Assembly (NCBI RefSeq): GCF_036321535.1
Contig: NC_087437.1
Span: forward strand, 78,184,001-78,248,000
DNA length: 64,000 nt
Source of the DNA: Camelus dromedarius
Taxonomy: Eukaryota
Direction: 5' to 3'
Positions 12,378-24,600 of this stretch are shown here, piece by piece. The notes beneath the pieces are model-generated. The model saw nothing but the letters and a program-made list of their open reading frames with translations, ran no database searches and was not told where the DNA came from. Each line of letters opens with the position of its first letter. Within the stretch, counting starts at the first letter, position 1. Both the position numbers and the translations under genes were made by a program.

Positions 12378-14617
12378 GCCCCTGGTTTGCCTGGAAATTT
12401 CTGGGGTTTACTGCTAAAAGTCACTGCTGAAAAATCCTCTGATCCCAGACAAACTGGGAAGGTTGGTGCGAGGTACTTCAGAAGCAAAGTTTTAAAAGCT
12501 CCTTCTTACACCACTGTTTAATGCTTTGAACATGAATGATTTTAAAGCAAGGAATGCAAACTAATTTCAGAATCTAGGATTGCACTACGCCCCCAAAATA
12601 ATTTGAACTTAAATTATGTTATTTGAGGAATCAAACATGAACATTGTCTATTTTGCCCAAATGAAGTTTCTGCTCATGCTCAGGGGTGATGGTAAACCTT
12701 ACCCAAAAGCCTTCATTTACCTGATCTGAGGTGAGACGAGGCTGAGCTAATTTTAGCCAGAGGCAGGCCTAAGGCAAGGTTAAGAACTGACTGAATTTTG
12801 AAGGATTTTGAAGGATATATAACTGTGAAATAAAAGAGAAGAACAAGACATCTGAGAAAGGATGATAGAATAAGTTATTGGAAGAATATTATGTGATTTA
12901 TGGCCAAAAATAAGGACTAGAATTAAGGATTGTGGCATTAAAACTTTTAATATATAACATTTTTATATGAGATAAGATGAGAAAATTAAGTGTTAATGCA
13001 TTACATTTTGAATCACTGACTCGTGTAAAGATATTTTATTCTGCTTTATTTCTAGCTACTTTAAAATTCATTTTAATCCTACTCATGTCTCTATATTATG
13101 TCTTTTCTACATTTTGACATATACCAGCATGGCCACTAAGAAAGTCATTCTGATTCGGAAATCTTAACTCTATTTCCTGCTTTTCTAAATTTGAACAGTC
13201 ATAATTTAGTGTGTCTTTTTTATTGTAATGCAGAATAAAGACATTAATTCCCCAGAGACTGAAATGACTATGATATTGGTAAGGCCCAGAATTTAGCCAA
13301 AAAAAAAAAAAAGTTTTATTTTATATTAAATTGCCATATAAGGAACCTGTATCTCCTGAAAATATTGATGAATTCCTGTGAACTATATGTCCTTGTAGTT
13401 TACTTACATGTGTAAAAGTCAATTTGCCTTTTGGTGAAACAAAACCAAACAAATGGAATTCTGTTTGAGAGACAGAGTCTGTTGAGTCCACCGTTAGGGC
13501 TGGTGAACAAGTTCAGTTTGGAAACCAGCAGTGTGCAGGAGAGGTGGCCGGAGTGCCTGAGGTCTGCTGCGGAGTATGCTTAAAATCTGTGAAGACCTGT
13601 TTTATCCCCTTACTTTTCCAAGAAAGAATATTTCCATGAAATTTTTGGAGTTCTATGCTATTAAATCTCACCTCTTTCTATAGTGTTGCTTTCAGTCCAA
13701 TAGCTAAGAATGTCATTTTAGATAGCAAGGATTTTACGAGGCTTCCTGTATCTTTTTGTGACTTACTCTGGGAGCTGCCAAGACAGACAATCCACCCTGT
13801 TTTCAACCCAAAGGGACAGAAAGGTGGAAACATGATTTATAACACTCTGCTCTTTTTAACTTAGAGGCATGCTTTCTGGCCTTGTGTCCGTGGAAAGAGA
13901 CAAATGAGACGAAGCCTGCTCTTACTCCTGTTCCCAGTGCCCTCTCATCTAAGATGACGGAAGAGTAAACTCTTGTTAGGTAGAGTCCCTACTTCCTTCA
14001 CCAGGTCAGAAGTTTAAAGGAAAATCATTTTACGCAGTTTTTTAAACTGAGCATCTGCTTAAGAACAACCTGGCTGCTATTTTTGGTATTTATAATGAGG
14101 ACATTTTAAAAAATCTGTGGAGTTTGAAAAATTGAAGTAAAGAAAGAAGCTTTTGAAAGAAAAGTCCTATTGTTTACTTTCCAATATCATCATTATATTA
14201 CAGTACAAAGAATAAAACAAAGAGTAAACATTTCCACTCTCTATTTGTTTGGAATATTTAGCATGGACTTCCTTGATTTCTGCGGCTTCCAGGAAATAGT
14301 TATTGTTCAGTTTCAAAAGTTATAGGAAATATGTGGCAAAGGGGATGCTGTGAAGTGTAAAGAAGTATAAAGAACATTTGTGAGAAATTTTTCTACTTCA
14401 GTCGTCTCAAGAGTAATGATTTTAGGTTTCAAAGTTGTCACGATAGGAAAAAAAAGTAGTCAGGTAGAAACACTTAACTTATTGGTGTCACTTCAATAGA
14501 ACCTACTTACTTCTGATGACCTTTCCAGAATTAATTGAATCTTACACATTGGAGTGAACACAAAAACTGTCTTACATTGTTTATTTCCATTTGGAAGACT
14601 TCTGAGTAGATTAAGTC

Positions 14618-14640
14618 TTTTTTTTTTTTTTTTTTTTTTT
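14618..14640. repeat. Poly(T) tract
   Basis: Uninterrupted T run of about 23 nt. Confidence 0.9.
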
Positions 14641-14654
14641 ACCTTTAATAATAT

Positions 14655-14880
14655 TGTGACTTTATTTTTTTAAAAGCACTTTAACATTCATAGCAAAATG
14701 GAGGAAAAGGTACAGAGACTTCCCTTAGGGTTCACTTTCAGTGTTGTACATTCTGTGGATTTGGACAGATGTATAATGACCTGTTTCCATTATTATCATA
14801 ACATTCAGAGTATTTTCATTGTCCTAAAGATCCTCTGTGTTCTACCTATTCATCCTTCCCCACCTCCAACCCCAACTGGA
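14655..14880 (-). mobile_element. LINE-1 (L1MC1/2-like) 3' UTR fragment
   Basis: 'aaaggtacagagacttccc...gttgtacattctgtggatttggacagatgtataatgac...cctaaagatcctctgtgttctacctattcatcc' matches the antisense L1MC 3' end. Confidence 0.85.
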
Positions 14881-16299
14881 TCTTCTTTAAGAGTTAATTT
14901 TGATTGTGTTGGAAGAGGTAAAAGAAAAAATCTTTACTGGGACACTAACTCTATAAGACGACAGGCACAGCAGTGTGGATCCCCATAAAATTCAACCCAC
15001 ATAAGAGTCTTTCTGCAAACTCATAAGTAGAAAGACCTTTCATTCATTCAATCTCCACTATCCCTATGATTCCCAATGATCTATCTCCCATCTCTTCTGG
15101 ATTTTTTTCATCTATTTATCAAATATAATAATATGCCCAAACCTATTTCTTTTTTTCCCCAGCCTTCTAAAATAACCTCTTTCTACAACCACATTCTACA
15201 AAGAAGATATTAGGAATAGAGTGTCAGTTAACTTTTTTTTATCAGGTGTTATAACCAAATATTTTGCTAAGAGTCTGTCAGGTTGTTAGAAAAAGGAAGT
15301 AATGATCTACAATAATAAATAATTTTTTGAATCCTATAAAGATATTATTTCACTCAGGGGAAAAGATGTCACATTTTCAGAAATTTTGATCATGAAAATA
15401 CATTTTTAAATGGTAATTTATGAAAAGGTGAAATGCATATTCTTAATATCACCTTTCGGTGATGTTATTATGATTTTATCAGTTTGGTATTTACAAATGC
15501 AGCATATATATCCTGAATATTTATATAATAGTACTGATTAATATCACTGCAATTAATTTTTGAATAGGTCAAAGTGAAAGGAAATAGAAAAATAAGTTAT
15601 TGGAAAATTTCCGTCACTCACTGTCTTTGTTGAGACAAAATCAAAATCGTTTACAAAAGAAAGATTATCTTTGTCTCGCTATACCAAGTAGATGGAATAC
15701 GATGGAGGAGGGAGGTTTGTCATTTTTGCTTTACAAATGTATTTACTTGCTAAAATAATTATTCTAGATACGTAGACGTAATTAGTTGTTCACTGGTTTT
15801 TCTTGTAATAACAATTGCCCATTGAGCCTATGGTGTAATCCTGACTGTATGCCCCAAAGCAAAATTTAAAATGACATCATAATTCTGCAGGTGACAGCAA
15901 GGATTCATTTAGCCAAATACAATTACTTTATGTTGGCGCTAACATTATTACAAATGGACACTTTTTGAGCTTGAAATCACAAGAAAAGAATGATAATATA
16001 ATAGGCATTTTGAAATGTTTTCAGCTCAAACACAACTTCATATGTTCCGTGTAACAGGAATGGTCTTTGTTACGATTTTTAAATAACTTCTGTATTTTAT
16101 ATTTTTAAAAGTAAGTATTTATACTGAAGAATGCATTCTTACGTATTTTCCCATATAGTTGTTACCTATTTTAACATGGAAAAATAACCCGCTTTGACAA
16201 AATGATTGTATTTTATTACAACATCAATAAGGGTCTAGGTGAATTGAAGCAGTGTGACATAAGAGTTAAGAGATGCCTTGTTGTAGTATAATTGACAGA

Positions 16300-16472
16300 T
16301 CTTAAAAGCTGGAAAAGATTAGATAAGAACACAAATCTGGACCCAGAGTAGTTGGACGGGAATCCTGGCTTCATCACTTCTGTCTGTACATGTTGGGATG
16401 AATTACCTGAGCTCTGAGACCCAGTTTGCTTAAATGTAAAAAATGGCTAATAATCTCTACTTCACAGAGCTA
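16300..16472 (+). mobile_element. MIR SINE
   Basis: Core-like 'gaatcctggcttcatcactt...ttacctgagctctgagacccagtttgcttaaatgtaaaaaatggctaataatctctacttcacagagc'. Confidence 0.8.
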
Positions 16473-17269
16473 TATATAGTGCTGAGAGACAGGAGCCAGA
16501 TCTGACTCATCAGAATTACTACATCAATGTTTAATTAATACAATCTAAAAAATTGGACTTTTCCAAACTAAAATCGATAAAGAGAAAATTGGCATTCATA
16601 GCAATTTATAATAATTTTGCCATAATATAGATGACTCAATTTCATTTTTAATAATAGGCAGCTATAATTGCATTGCTAGTGGTTTTTTAAGGAATTTCAA
16701 TTTTTCATTTGCATCATGGCTTTTTCAATGTACTCTTCCTGTTTTGTTTATCTGTGTTAGTAGACAAATATAAAGTAATAAGTAACTTTGTTCTTAATAT
16801 TTAGATAGATTAAATAATGAAAAGTGAAGAATAATCATCTCATCCTCTAATCAACCACCAATGGCCAGATCTGTCAAGTTGGCTCTCAGCATATCAGGAA
16901 ACTGAAGCAAAAATTTTAAATACCTTCTAATTTAACCAAGAACGTTTTTGGTATGAAAAATATGATAATAAACACCTTTTCACATAATTTTTAAGACAGT
17001 GACATTATCCTTGCATACCTCTGATTACGAAATACACTTAGAGTTTATCAATTAAAAAGGCACCAAGTATCAAAGATAATCTATTACCCTGGCTCGTCTT
17101 TGCATTTGCCAATTTTACCAAATCTGAGTTCTTTCTTTTAATAGTAAAAATAAATGGGGTCATAAATGCATGAGAGATGTTATTTGAAAAATAATTTCTG
17201 AATTCTGAGTTTAAATTTGAGAAATAGATCTCTTGAGATAGTGTTTTAATATTACAGCTCGGTTTCTGC

Positions 17270-17363
17270 TTCTCTCTCTCTCTTCCTCTCTCTCTCTTTC
17301 CTGCTCTCTCTCTCTCACACACACACATACATACAGTGTGTGTGTGTGTGTGTGTGTGTGTGT
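17270..17363. repeat. Compound microsatellite (CT)n-(CA)n-(TG)n
   Basis: Read directly from the sequence. Confidence 0.95.
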
Positions 17364-20290
17364 AGTAATTTGGTCTTAAAAATCCTTAGCTAATGACAGA
17401 TTTGTAGGATGCCTCTTGTATTATTGAGCAATTAATTGAATTATTTAATTTTTCTTGGTCACTTGAATAGAATTTAGATATATTAAACTATTGTGAGTTT
17501 CATTTGCTCTACTGTAATGGAGGCTCAGCACCAAATTAAATGGTGCCACAATTTGATAGATAATATTTTAGCCTAGTTTTTAGAAAATTTGAGCCAGAGC
17601 TTAATTTTATACAACCTCAGTTGTGTTTCTTCCTTAGTAGTGACATACTGAATTTACTAGCCTCTCAAAGCTACAATCGATAGTTTTGCAACTCACATTA
17701 GCTGAGCTTCAATACAAACACATGGTCTCGACCTGCTTACTCTGTCCATTGCACTGAGTTCTTCTGAAGTGAACACATTAGATAATAACAGACAAGTCTC
17801 AAAGAATTAAGCTTCTGCAGAAACTGGAGGCTTAGGCTATGCTCATTATCCACTAGCTGGATTGTTGGCCTAAACTTTTTGGTTGAAGACACCAAAGATA
17901 GTATTACACTTTAATGTTTTTTCTAGTAACCTTTTCTTCCATGCATTAAGATGATATAGTTATGTGTAAATAGTCATCTTCTAAGGGGATGGACAGATTT
18001 GGAAAGAATAGTGTAGTAAATATTCAAATGTACTTCTATGAAGGGTGAGACTATCAGGACATTTATTTCTGAATGCTGTACATATTTTTAAAAATCATAC
18101 AGAGTCTCAATCACTTAAAAAGACTCGTAAAAATACAATATATGGAAAAAATGAAAACAACTTTGATCATTTTGAGTCTTTTAGTTAGGATTCAAACATT
18201 TGGAATTGCAGTGGTTTAGAGGTGATCTTTTTCATGGCATAAGATGTTAGATAAACACAGTGCTCTTCTTGGTTGTGTTTTCTTTGAAGTTATCTAAGTA
18301 TGGAGTTACTGAAGGTAAACAAACAGTTCCAGTGCCACAGTGTGTCAGTTTCAGGGTATTATGTGAGTCACTAGTGTGTGTATGCTCTTTGTGTTTGTGT
18401 GTATTTGTGCATGTGTAAGAGAGACAAAGACAGAGAAGATAGAGAACTCTAGAAAAAGAATGAGAAAGTTCAAGGTTAACAAGAAAAGATTCTTCTGAGT
18501 ATTTTTTTTTCAATATTGATACATTATTATGAGCTAAATACCACACTCCCTTGTTGTAACCCTTTGTCTTTTCTCTGTTCCAGGATCCCTTCCTGGGTAC
18601 CATATTGCATTTAATTATCTTGTCTCCTTAGGTCTCTTTCAGCTATGCCATTTTATCAGACTTCTCTTGTTTTTGATAATCTTGTTTGTGAGCAGTGCTC
18701 AAGAATTGTTTTGCAAAATGTCCCTCAATTGGGATTTGTCTTATTTTTTCCCCTTATGATTATAGTGGGGTTCTGTGTTTTGGGGAGAAAAATCACAAAC
18801 TTAAAATGCCATTCTCATCACATCCTATACAATCTACATGACTTCTTTCTATTAATTTTAACTTTGGTCAACTAGATATAGTTACTTTCCCTCGTTTTTC
18901 ACTCTTAGGAAGGAAGTCTCCACGTGTAGCCCACATTTAGGGTAGGAAGAGTTCTCTACCTCCTTTTGGGTGAAATACGTATATATAATTTTTTGGAACT
19001 TTTTCTGCTTATGAACTTTGTTTATTTTCTCCCTTTATTTGTTTATTTAATCACTTACATTGGTATGGATTCTTGGAAATTTATTTTATACTTTAGATTA
19101 TAATCTAATACACCATGTTGTTGCTTAAATTGCTCTAGTGTTAGACATTGGGAGCTCTTTGAGGTGGCTCCCTTTAACATGCATTGTAGTTTTCTTTACT
19201 TTTCCTCTCTTTTCTTATTTTCTTTCTTCTTTCCTTCCTTCCTTCCTTTATTCTTTCTTCCTTTTTTTTTCTTTTAGTGCTTTCTTATCTTCTGGCAATA
19301 CAAGATGTTCCTGCCTCAACTTATATATTTCCTGCCCCAATCCTAAAATCAGTTATTTCTCCAAGGAGCAATAGTTTATTTCATTGGAGAACACTATTAG
19401 AAACCAAGGCCTAAGCACAAGGTATGCTCACTGTTACTGGAGTGTCGTTCATTCTAGGCCCCCTCAGCTGACAGAGCAATGACATATGTGTGTATATACC
19501 AACCCGCATATTTATACATATATCTTTAAATATTTCTCAGTGTAACTACCTTTATCATATTAAATGGTAAACACGAGTTCATGCTGATGCTTCTGAGTCT
19601 CTTTCATTGCCACATGGATCATTCTAGGTTTCTCTTCCTTATTTGTAACCTCCTACTCTAACAGTGAGAAGCCTGGCCTCCATCATTGACTATTCATTTA
19701 CTTAATTGTTCATTTACAGTAGATATGTATACTTGTTTAAAATTAACCTGTACTCCCATGGGAAACAACTCTCTCTACCAGAGTGTAGTAGTACTTGTGT
19801 GCAGTTCCCTTGTCTTTAGTCTTACAGATTCCGCTGATTTCCATAGTTACTTAAGTCAACATCTTTTTTCTACCCCTTCCAGTGAGGTTGTCTCATACAT
19901 ATGTAGTATAGTTTGATTCTTCTGTCACATTCTGCATGCCATCCTGAAAAGTCTCCAGACATCCCAAAAGATTTTTTTTTAACTTTGTGTATATTAAGAT
20001 TTACATTTTTTGCTGTAAAGTTTTTTGGGTTTTAACAAGACACAGTGTCATATATCTACCATTATAGTACCATTCACAATAGTTACAGGTCATTAAAAAA
20101 TTCTGTTAAGTACTCCTCCAGTTTCCTGAAAATCACTGCTCTATTTATTACCGCTAAAATCTTGCCTTTTCTAGGAGATCATATAAGTGCAATCATGTAG
20201 TATGTAGCCTTTTCAGACTGGCTTCTTTATTTTAGCAATATGCTTTTAAAATTTATTCATCAGGGTGTGACTTGATATCTCATTGCTTTT

Positions 20291-20402
20291 TTTTAATATA
20301 AACATTTTTTATTGAGTTATAGTCATTTTACGATTTGTGTCAAATTCTAGTGTAGAGCACAGTTTTTCAGTTACATATGAACATGCATACATTCATTGTC
20401 AT
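20291..20402 (-). mobile_element. Young, heavily 5'-truncated LINE-1 tail (camelid-type 3' end)
   Basis: 'aacatttttttattgagttatagtcattttacgatttgtgtcaaattctagtgtagagcacagtttttcagttac' with minus-strand AATAAA. Flanked by ATTGCTTTTT repeats. Confidence 0.75.
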
Positions 20403-20413
20403 ATTGCTTTTTA

Positions 20414-20552
20414 AATTTTTATTTTTTGGGGGGGAGACAATTAGATTTATTTTTATTTATTTATTTATTTATTTATTTACCAGTACTTGAGATCGGACCT
20501 AAGACCTCTTGCATGCTAAGCATGCACTCTACCACTGAGCTATACTCTCCCC
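20414..20552 (-). mobile_element. tRNA-Ala-derived SINE (Vic-1-like)
   Basis: Reverse complement reads ggggagagtaTAGCTCAGTGGtagagtgcatgcttAGCatgcaagaggtcttaggtccgatctc: A box, AGC anticodon loop, decayed B box. Then (TAAA)n and 'tctaattgtctccccc'. TSD CTCATTGCTTTTT. Confidence 0.9.
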
Positions 20553-21229
20553 CTCATTGCTTTTTATCACTGAATCTATCCCATGTTATAAATGTACCAC
20601 AATTTATCTATTCACTTATTGAAAGACATCTTCATTGTTTACAGTTTTATAGAACTATGAATAAAGCTGTTGTAAACATATAGGTGCAGGTTTTTTTGTG
20701 GACATAAGTTTTCACATCTGTCTATTTTCATCTGATAAAAAGAACATACCTATTTGGTATATCGGACAAAGTGAGACAAGTATGCACTGTTGAATTAACT
20801 ACAGCACCAATATTTCTAATGCATGATCATTTCATAAGTGGTTTATTAATGACTTCCAAAACACTTCAGTGTCTCCATAATATCTAATTTAAAAACTAAG
20901 TGATATATACAGTAATTTTTCCTAAGGAATAAAATTTGCTATGATCACCAATAGAAAAATGTGTACATTTGAATAATTTGGGGCTTGACAATTATGTCAG
21001 AAACATGAGTTGATATTAAGAAATACTCTTGGCAGTATAATTGTTTTAATCAGAATAAAACTTTAAGACGGGTTCCCTTTACCAATGAGCTTTTGAATAT
21101 AAAATAATATATTTAGAAAAGTTCTTACTGAGAAACTTGAACTGTGAGAGAAGTATACAACTGTATATTCTTCAATCATTTTTATCACTTAGAAATGTCA
21201 AAAATTGGTTTTTCAGTATGATGTATGAT

Positions 21230-21630
21230 ATTACAAATACTAAAGTGAACACAATATGATCCCTACCTGACACAGATTAGGTAATATCACAGACATGTCA
21301 ACAGTCTCTTGACAATGTGGCAAGGACTGTAATAAAGGTATGTAGGATATGTTGGAAGAGAAATATTAAAAGGAACTTGTGTTGGAAGGAGCATTTAAGT
21401 ACAGTTCATACTGTTTATGGGAAATAAAAAAGGTGTGAGGAGGTGAGTGACAAAGAATTCTAGACAAAAGGAACAATATTTTGAAATGAATGATTTATTT
21501 TGAGATTAATCATTTGATATGACTGTAACAGTGTGGTGGGATTAGAAAATATAGAATGAGCGGAGATAACTGAAAAGCCTTATACAGTATTATCAAGGGA
21601 TATATTTTGATTTTTATCTTGTAGGCTATG
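21230..21630 (-). mobile_element. L2 LINE fragment
   Basis: Decayed antisense L2 pattern 'atatgatccctacc...acaatgtggcaaggactgtaataaaggtatgtagg...aattctagacaaaaggaacaat'. Confidence 0.55.
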
Positions 21631-24600
21631 GTGGAAAAATAAATGATATTTATTTCTAAAATAGTGAATGTTTCACCAATTAGTTGAAATTCTGTGATAT
21701 ACCGTAAATAACTCATTTAATGCGTTGGATCATGTATTTTTGCCATTCTCTTTATTATTTTTGTTTGTACATGTGTTCTATGCTTTATTTTCCTTTGCCT
21801 CACTTCCTCTCATCTAACAAAATCCCTGGCCTCTCTTGGTCTCTGTTCAAGCTATGTCCAAGTTAAATTTTATATGGGAAGGACACTCTTTACGTATAAA
21901 GAAACACTGTCTCTCGTTAGACAGACACCACATGTGTCACTCTTTCAGGCACCAACATCTTGATAAAGGAAGTACTTTGTGTCCAGAGTCCAAGGGTTCC
22001 ATGAATACGTGGACCTCACTCACAGAGCCACCACAGTCTTACATTAACTGACAACTCACTTGACTCTTCTGTTACTCTTGGACCAGTTACATCTGGTCAC
22101 AATGCATATCTTTGTCACTGCAGATTAGGATCTGTGAAACCACAGTGACTTTCTTACTTTATAGGGAACACAGAGTGAGAGGTGAAAGAGAACCAGTCAC
22201 TAAGTAAATAGTCACTGGTGTTTGTTGTCTCAAGAGATGGAAGTGCCTTCCGTTTATTCATGTCTTTAGCTTGGAGCTTCCCAGGGGAGGGAGTGGCTGC
22301 CTCCTTGCTGAGGAAACACTCCCTGGGCTTGGCCTGAGGTGAAGAGTGGTCTGAGGAGCTGTTCCAGGAACTCTGTTTGCTTTGTTAGTTAAAAAGTTCA
22401 CAGCAGACAGAGAACATCAGCTGTAAGCTGTGCACTTCTTTCTTTCTTTTTTTTTTTCTTTGAAAGGGCAAATCATAAAAGAGGGGGAAGGAAAAGATGA
22501 ACAGAATAGTCACTGACATGAAGCCAATGTGGTTTTGATAAGGATTACTGGATTATGAGCACATTCATATCTGATGAAATACGCTTTGGGAAGAAGACTG
22601 CTTTGTTTTGTGGAGAGATAAATGTTTTTCATCTTTGAATTATGAGTGTTAAATATGACATCTAAAACTGCTGAGCTCTACATTTTGGACAATTTAAGCT
22701 CAACAACTTTTTTTCCTGAGGAAAAAAAAAAATAAAACATGCCCCCAAACCCAAAAATGTGTGGGTAGCAACTGAGAACATAAATAATCTAACTTCAAAA
22801 AGTAAATTCCTTCTCACTCAGGACATTATTATTAATAATTGAAACTATGCAGCTCCCCTATGGGTATTATTATAACTTACTTAGAAAGTACAAGTGAAAT
22901 AGATGCTTGCACCCTACGAGTAAGGAAGAATAACTAAGGGTAAAGATTAAATTGATGCCTGAAGGGGCCAATGAGCAAAGTGTCCACTTCTGAGAGTCAG
23001 TGAACAAGAAACAATGGTACAAATGAGAAAAAAGTATTTATTTCTGACCCATAAAGGGATTACAAAAGCTATTCTGAAAAGACAGATGGTTTAACTTTTA
23101 ACAGCCTGCACCTCTAAGACAGAGTGTTTGAGGATTCACTGACTGAGGTAGAATTACAGGGATAATATTTTCTCAGTAACAAATTGCAGTTGAACAAAGG
23201 AACTGGCAAGAGTAGACGCTTCAGGAGGGTATAGCTTTGTTCCAGAGCAGAAATGTTTGTATGTAGCCAGTTTGTGGAAACACACTCTGCTGGTATTCAG
23301 GTTTTTTTCTATTTGTCAGAAATGTCCAAGGATACACAGTGAGGACAAGATCTTCTTTCTTTCCTGCTGGGCTTATTTGGTACATAGTGAAATACTTTCA
23401 ACACTCCAGTGTGGGTGGCAGTCAGGAGTGACCTCCTTCATAGTTTTCTTTCACAATCAGAAAGGAAGGTGATGTTAAGCTCGGTTGTCCAAAAGCATAT
23501 GTTTTATGATAATACTTTAGAGAAAAAAAGAGCAGGACATACATATGCTACAGCAAGGAATGAAAATCACTCTGTTTCTTGAATGCTAAACAAAAATCAT
23601 ATTTACTGAGTAAAAATCAATCACAATGGTAATCTTCAACCAACCACTTACCGGCTACTTGAATTTCCTGAAGTTGTCTGAGCTGCTATTACATCTACCG
23701 TCTAAATTAACACTTAGGTCTTAAGTTTGGAGCTACTTGTAATGGGTTAAAACATATCATTTTTTTAAATTTGTTTTTCTTTAACATTTGCATAAACGCT
23801 ATTATTATAATAAAGAAAAGCTTAGGAAAAAGAAAAATAGACAAGTCACCTATGATTTCACTACCCCATCCCAACAATCTTCATAGACATTTATCTTTTA
23901 CATCTTAAAAACTTAAGCCACTGATTTATTTTCCTTTGTACTTTGCCTCTCAGGCTCTTATATTGACCATAAAAATACACTGATATGTAACACTTGAGCA
24001 TTCTTAATCATACAAAGTTGACACATTGTACATATGCATTGTTTTAAATGCAGATTTTTAATAGAAATTTTAATAGCTAAATTGGCTCTTCATTTGCTAA
24101 AGTAAGTCTATCATTTTGGTTATAAAACTGCACTTAACTAACTAAATAAAATAAATTATCATGCCAGATGAAACCTTTTCCAAAACTAAGAATGAAAATA
24201 AAATTCTAATTCTCTGTATACAGAATAATGACTCTACAATTAATGAATGCACACTACAGCATAATTACATCTAATTCGTTCAAATGGCAGTGTTACCCTA
24301 TGAAAGCTAAAAACATCAAGTTAATTTTCCTTTTTTAAATTTATTAAAATTCTAAATATGTTTCCATCAATTTTGTAGCTTTTAAAAATCGCATGAGAGA
24401 ATTTACTGTCTAGGATATCTGAGACTTTTTTTTTTAAATTGCAAAACATTTAAAGTGTCATGTTTACCCAGAGCAAAGTGCGCAGAATGAGGAAAGCAGA
24501 ACATCTTTTGGATTTTTTAAGTGTTCAGAATGATATGCAAAATATTCATGAAGCATGGCTGTTTTATGTTCTCTAAGCACACAATCTAAAGCATCTTTAG

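Larger units (their letters stand above)
18500..20716 (-). mobile_element. LINE-1 (L1MC-like) long 3' UTR
   Basis: 'tgttccaggatccc...catattgcatttaattatcttgtctccttagg', 'cctgccccaatcctaaaatcagttatttctccaaggagc', 'gtatgtagccttttcagactggcttcttt' and 'ataaagctgttgtaaacat' are L1MC 3' UTR hallmarks. Confidence 0.9.

Noticed and set aside
20480..20552. tRNA-Ala-like sequence (also 45623-45700)
   Set aside because: Mismatched stems, AT-rich SINE tails and TSDs show these are SINE heads, not tRNA genes.
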